DNA of 64,000 bases, taken from Trypanosoma brucei. Lineage: Eukaryota. The translations under genes were made by a program, and so were the position numbers. Shown here piece after piece: positions 59,624-64,000 of this stretch. The stretch is from the NCBI GenBank assembly GCA_000002445.1, contig CM000207.1, positions 896,001-960,000 on the forward strand, read 5' to 3'. The notes under the pieces are model-generated. The model worked only from the letters and a program-made list of their open reading frames with translations. It made no database searches and was not told the DNA's origin. Position 1 is the first letter of the stretch, and each line of letters begins with the position of its first letter.

Positions 59624-60445
59624 ATGTCGAAACAGGAGCCGTTGCAGAAGATTCCCGGTGAGTGTCCGACGCCCCGAGAACTGGGTAAGGCAGGCTGGAT
59701 TATACTCCACAGTGCTGCCGCTGTGTTTCCGTACAACCCTACACCCACACAACAGGAGGCATTCCGCAACTTTTTACACGGCTGGTCCCACGCGTATGCT
59801 TGCAGCCATTGTGCATACCACATGCGACGTTACTTTCACCAGAATCCACCCGTCGTCACGGATAAGTTGGCACTCAACCGATATCTCTGTGAATTTCACA
59901 ACGCTGTAAATGAGAGAGTTGGAAACAAGATATATGATTGTGACCCCATGAATGTTCTCCGCCGGTGGCACCCAACGTTTCCAGATATGGAGGATCAACC
60001 TACAATCGAGGAACAGGTGAAGTCACTCGAATTAAAGGAAAAGAATGAGACACCGCAAGGCGTTAGTGATCGATGGCGACAGCAGAACTCTTCCGCGTCA
60101 CCAGATGGTAACGTTGGTCGATGGTCAGTGGGGGACGCGCGGTGGACCGATACAACTAGCGAGTCGCGTAGGACTAATGTCGGTGAGATCTCAGCGGGAT
60201 GGGGAACCGCTGGTGAGAAGATGAAACAAAGAAATAGTGCGGGGGACGGAGTCAGTGATGCGGGTGCGAGCGAAAAGAAGTGGTGGCGATGGGGAAACTC
60301 CACTTCGAGTTCCACTACCGCAACCATCGCAACACCTTCTGCAGCTGAACCTGCCGAGGATGTTGAGGCTAGCGTTACCTCTATATTGAGTAAACTAAGG
60401 GCTTGCATGGTTTACTGCCCTGATGATAAGAAATCATCAGCGTGA
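59624..60445 (+). CDS. ERV1: Erv1/ALR-family FAD-linked sulfhydryl oxidase with a kinetoplastid-type C-terminal extension and a C-terminal CxxxC arm
   Basis: Erv core WIILHSAAAVFPYNPTPTQQEAFRNFLHGWSHAYACSHCAYHMRRYF...YLCEFHNAVNERVGNKIYDCD carries the active-site CxxC (CSHC) and the structural Cys pair. About 150 aa of extension follows, ending RACMVYCPDDKK (C-x3-C). Confidence 0.85.
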   Translation: MSKQEPLQKIPGECPTPRELGKAGWIILHSAAAVFPYNPTPTQQEAFRNFLHGWSHAYACSHCAYHMRRYFHQNPPVVTDKLALNRYLCEFHNAVNERVGNKIYDCDPMNVLRRWHPTFPDMEDQPTIEEQVKSLELKEKNETPQGVSDRWRQQNSSASPDGNVGRWSVGDARWTDTTSESRRTNVGEISAGWGTAGEKMKQRNSAGDGVSDAGASEKKWWRWGNSTSSSTTATIATPSAAEPAEDVEASVTSILSKLRACMVYCPDDKKSSA

Positions 60446-61412
60446 TGTCGAATTGATGATGCCCTTCACTATTTAATATTGGTGCGCATTCGTTGTTTGG
60501 GGTTCGGACTAGGTCGGCGCAGTGCAGTGCACTGTGAGTAACTGTGCGGTTATTGGGAAAACTGTGGTTGACATATTTGTTTTGCGGCGGCGAGGTAAGT
60601 GGATGTAACCGCATCCACCAATGGTGGTACGTGATGGAAGTGCTGAATGCCCGAGGTTGGGTTCAGATGTGCCAAACCATTAATGACACATCGATGCCTG
60701 TTAACAGGGGGAAATTAGCGCACTGGACGCCAATTTTATTTTTATTTTTGAGGGGGATGAATTCAGCATGACGTTTCTTTAAAAGAAAAATAAGGTGGAA
60801 GGGAGAGGGTGAAATGCCAATAACTCACTCTCCTAATTACAGGTATTATTCATTTTTACCTTCAGTTTTCGCATATCAGGCGGCGACGTCACAGAAGACG
60901 GGCCGCATACCACGATCGGCATTTTTTTTTTTTTGCGAACGGCTGCATTTATGTATATGCATGTTTTTTAGATTCAATTAAACGTTCATATGAGAAGAGC
61001 AAAGTATGCCCTATGGAGGTTCCTTAACAAGTCATCTCTTACTACCGCATTCACGTGCCGAATTAGGAGCAGTAAACACTGGGCCCCTTCGTTTTATCTT
61101 TAACTTTTACTGTACGTGTTTTAGAACACGAACTGGAACTCAAAAAGGTACAGACGCAAGGTGCATGGGTGGCATAAATATTTGCGAGTTGGGAGGTAAG
61201 GAGAGGGGAAGGAGCCTTCAAAAAGTCGGCGTGTACCAGAGACGGTGTGGCCTCGTATGTTTTTATTTTCGTACACCACTTCTGTACTCACACTCTTTTA
61301 CTTCCCAATTGCGCGTGTGTGCGAATACCCCTACAACTACTCATTGCACCCTCCTATTTGTTTACGCTCATACACCCAATGCGAAGAAACAGGTAGGCAT
61401 ACTACAATAAAA

Positions 61413-62057
61413 ATGGGTCCGCTCTCTAAGAAGCGCATGATGGTGCGCGATGGTGTCTTCTACGCCGAGCTCTTCGAGTTCTTAAAGCGCGAGTTGGCTG
61501 ACGACGGTTTCGCTGGCGTTGAACATCGTGTTACTCCCACTCGCACGGAGATTGTCATCCGCTCCACAAAGACCCGCGAAGTCCTCGGTGAGAAGGGCCG
61601 CCGCATCCGTGAGCTAACGGCTTGCCTTCAGCAGCGGTTTAACTACAAGGAAGGCAAACTGCAGCTGTTCGCCGAGCGCGTGGAGGTGCGTGGACTGTCC
61701 GCAATGGCGCAGGCCGAATCCCTGCGTTTCAAGCTTCTCAGCAACCTTCAAGTGCGCCGTGCGGCCATGGGCATCATCCGTTACGTGATGGAATCCGGCG
61801 CAAAGGGCTGTGAGGTGACAATTGGCGGAAAGATCAAGGGCCAGCGCGCGAAGAGTATGACATTCCGTGACGGCTACATGATTAAGTCGGGTACTGCTCA
61901 CAAACACTTCGTTGACACGGCCACCCGTCATTGCCACTTGCGTGCAGGCACCATTGGCGTAAATGTTAAAATCATGCGCCCACAGAGTATGATAGAGGAA
62001 GATGAGGTGCTACCCGACGTCATTACAGTGATTGAGCCGAAGACAATCGAGGCTTGA
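61413..62057 (+). CDS. RPS3: 40S ribosomal protein S3 (uS3)
   Basis: [70 protein letters not shown]...[23 protein letters not shown] is near-identical in pattern to human RPS3, with its KH domain and the S3 C-domain. The ATG at 61413 is about 20 nt after an AG (61391-61392) that follows a pyrimidine-rich tract. The track ORF from 61245 is an upstream artefact. Confidence 0.92.
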   Translation: MGPLSKKRMMVRDGVFYAELFEFLKRELADDGFAGVEHRVTPTRTEIVIRSTKTREVLGEKGRRIRELTACLQQRFNYKEGKLQLFAERVEVRGLSAMAQAESLRFKLLSNLQVRRAAMGIIRYVMESGAKGCEVTIGGKIKGQRAKSMTFRDGYMIKSGTAHKHFVDTATRHCHLRAGTIGVNVKIMRPQSMIEEDEVLPDVITVIEPKTIEA

Positions 62058-62794
62058 TTAAGTAACACCGAACACACAGCACAACGATACATTAACTCTA
62101 CCTCCAAGCAAAGAAAAAGTAATGCTCTTGTTGTTTTTTTTGTGTGTGTGAACTAGCGGGTAGTTTGCCTTTATTTTGCCTATTGTTGTTTCCCATTACA
62201 CTCTTGTTTCGAATAGTTTACTTTTCTTTTTCTTTTTAATAATTTTCTTTTATATTTTTCCCTTTCTGCCTGAAGAAGGTAGAGGAGGATGGAGCACGTT
62301 ACACAATAACAAACAGAGAAGCACATATATTTGTATGTGCTTTTCATTAATCCCTTTGTCAATGTTACCTCCACTTTAACCGGAGTGAAGATTTAACATG
62401 ATGCATATAAATGTTTATCAATACATGTGCTTCTCTCCTTGTTTTCTTTTTTTCATAGTTTCGCTACTAGCATTTGATATCATAGCATGTTATTACACTC
62501 CGTTATGTCTTTCTAACAACAGGAGTACAGCGACGGTTTAGTGCTTCGTTTATCTCCATCCTGTTCTCAGCAACATTTCAATGTGATATGTATCGTTATT
62601 CAACAGGTGGCTGATGTAAGTGCTTATATATATACATATATATGTGTATGTATATTTGTACATATATATTCTCCGTAACCTGTCCCCTAGTTTTTCTATC
62701 GCTAATGCCATTAACCTCTCGCATGAGTGGTGGTGCTGATATTGATGATGACAAGGGAATGTCAGGAAAGAGAAAAGGAGGAAGTGGAGGAGGG

Positions 62795-62825
<31 letters not shown>

Positions 62826-63373
62826 TGGATGATGCGACTCTTGGTCTCACCACTTTATGTTGAGTCCTAGGAACTGCTGTTGGTTTGTCACTATAATGGG
62901 AAGGTGTGTCTAGTGTGTGAGGATATGCTTGACTGTTTAATTATGCAACAACGCTTAAATTCATTCAAGTCGCATCGTTTCTTTACCACATCTAACAATT
63001 ATGAGTGTTTTTACTCTCTGTATGTTTGTTGCGTGATATGTGTGTGCTCATTATAGAAAGTGCTGCACTTGCGCTCCCATTTCAATCGTAATCCATTTCA
63101 CTCTTTTTCTTTTAATTCTTTCTTACCATTTCTCATTTTGAAACAAACAAAAGGAAGGAAAGCTTTTGTGTTTGACGAGTAATTCCCAACAGTAACAAGA
63201 CAAAATTTGGTTGATTAGGTTTCCAACGTCATAATATACGGCTGAACTTGTCGAAGGTTATATTCCTCAGGAAAAAATTATTGAAAGGATCCCAAACAAT
63301 TTAATAAAAGGATAAACCCACAGAGAAGTTGTTATTACTTTTACACGTATACCCAACTGGAACTCATTGAAAT

Positions 63374-64000
63374 ATGGTGAGGACGACACGCTTTTCACGC
63401 AACAGTTCCAAACCACTGTTTCAGCAATTACAGCTTATTACATCGTATGGACTCTTTCAGGAGTATCCACCCATTTGGTCACTTCCCCTTCCACCTCAAC
63501 AACCTCGTGATACGGGAAAACCCACACTGGTGCTTGATATTGATGAAACACTGATTCATACTGTGGGGATGCGGAATGAGGGGTCGGATTCTGTCTCCTT
63601 CAGTTTCTTCCTGCGTCCACATGCGAAGGAATTTCTCGCGGAGGTACGTGAACTGTACGAAGTTGTGTTCTGGACGGCTGGTACCGCATCCTACTGCTCA
63701 GCTGTTATGGATGCACTGGAGGTGCAGGTGTTACAACTCCCACGATCATTTTACAATATTGATGAACTCCGCGTAGAGGCACGTGGTGGAATCTCCACCA
63801 AGAATGTTAACTTCTATGCCCTTTCCCGAACTCAAACGTTACAAGGGCATAATTACATGAAATACCTTCCAATGCTTGGCAGACCATTGAATCGTGTCAT
63901 AGTGATCGACAGTGATGTACGCAGCTTTCCTCTTCATCCACGTAACGGTGTTAAGATCGAACCCTTCCTACCGAATGAACGTGTTTTATCCGAATATGCC
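63374..64000 (+). CDS. 3'-truncated CDS for an FCP1-homology (NIF/SCP-type, HAD superfamily) protein phosphatase
   Basis: I checked by hand that the frame is open from the ATG at 63374 to the window end. The DxDx(T/V) catalytic motif is LVLDIDETLIHTV. Further on come VVFWTAGTASYCSAVMDAL and ...LNRVIVIDSDVRSFPLHP, which match the CTD-small-phosphatase layout. It is absent from the ORF track because no stop falls inside the window. Confidence 0.7.
   Translation, partial: MVRTTRFSRNSSKPLFQQLQLITSYGLFQEYPPIWSLPLPPQQPRDTGKPTLVLDIDETLIHTVGMRNEGSDSVSFSFFLRPHAKEFLAEVRELYEVVFWTAGTASYCSAVMDALEVQVLQLPRSFYNIDELRVEARGGISTKNVNFYALSRTQTLQGHNYMKYLPMLGRPLNRVIVIDSDVRSFPLHPRNGVKIEPFLPNERVLSEYA

Noticed and set aside
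40746-60445. Idea that the window is a functional 'mitochondrial redox island' (TOP2mt, CorA/Mrs2-like, SPPS, SDH2C, Erv1, TXNPx)
   Set aside because: Kinetoplastid polycistrons are not operons. The apparent enrichment is within the range expected by chance for 23 genes, and the genes are interspersed with ribosomal, nuclear (TFIIB, NAP, SKIP) and trafficking genes. Recorded only as a curiosity.
217-61412. ORF-track N-termini at 217, 24927, 26198, 29787, 38416, 44444, 48324, 55393, 57788 and 61245
   Set aside because: Inspection of the nucleotides shows these begin with GTG or TTG, which the track translates as Met, or far upstream of the splice acceptor. Eukaryotic initiation needs ATG, so the CDSs were re-anchored to the first in-frame ATG (24945, 26216, 29862, 38440, 44660, 48348, 55420, 57815, 61413). 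The first gene was instead extended to the window edge.
1-64000. tRNA, rRNA, SL RNA, retroposon (ingi/RIME/SIDER) or strand-switch region
   Set aside because: I scanned for T-loop consensus (GGTTCGAATCC-like) and found only coding-region partial matches. No long direct or inverted repeats other than the TXNPx duplication, no poly-A-terminated retroelement remnants, and no change of coding strand.

Overview
This window reads as nuclear DNA of an African trypanosome (Trypanosoma brucei group), probably the chromosome-9 region carrying mitochondrial topoisomerase II, the tryparedoxin-peroxidase tandem pair, TFIIB and large NAD-GDH. All 23 protein-coding genes I can support are on the + strand. 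Between them lie pyrimidine-rich tracts followed by AG upstream of each start, (TA)n and (GT)n microsatellites and long AT-rich spacers. That layout is a single kinetoplastid polycistronic transcription unit. There is no strand switch, intron, tRNA, rRNA, CRISPR or mobile element that I can support.

The ORF track lets GTG and TTG act as start codons, so several listed ORFs carry false N-terminal extensions. I re-anchored those CDSs to the first in-frame ATG downstream of the splice-acceptor pyrimidine tract.

Genes recognised by conserved motifs:
- a 5'-truncated polyQ protein
- a CorA/Mrs2-like Mg2+ transporter with the GMN motif
- a USP7-like ubiquitin hydrolase lacking the MATH domain
- mitochondrial DNA topoisomerase II
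- an IQ-motif protein
- a protein with a U1/matrin-type C2H2 zinc finger
- UFC1
- an OCRL/INPP5B-like inositol 5-phosphatase with ASH and RhoGAP-like domains
- ribosomal protein P2
- a 2147-aa orphan protein
- TFIIB-like factor
- a NAP1-like histone chaperone
- two identical tryparedoxin peroxidase copies
- an SNW/SKIP (Prp45) spliceosomal protein
- solanesyl-type polyprenyl diphosphate synthase
- large NAD-glutamate dehydrogenase
- the separately encoded C-terminal half of the succinate dehydrogenase iron-sulfur subunit (SDH2C)
- UBA5
- Erv1 sulfhydryl oxidase with a C-terminal CxxxC arm
- ribosomal protein S3
- a 3'-truncated FCP/SCP-type phosphatase

I found no evidence of a prokaryote-style novel multi-gene system. 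The points most worth a second look are:
- the gene-converted TXNPx duplication, whose copies are identical until 4 nt past the stop and then have unrelated 3'UTRs
- both Ufm1-cascade enzymes (UBA5 and UFC1) lying in one transcription unit
- the split SDH2C gene
- the OCRL-like tri-domain phosphatase
- the giant orphan ORF
- a sharp pyrimidine-block to purine-block composition flip in a 2.6-kb spacer
- two small unannotated ORFs with their own splice signals between the TXNPx copies
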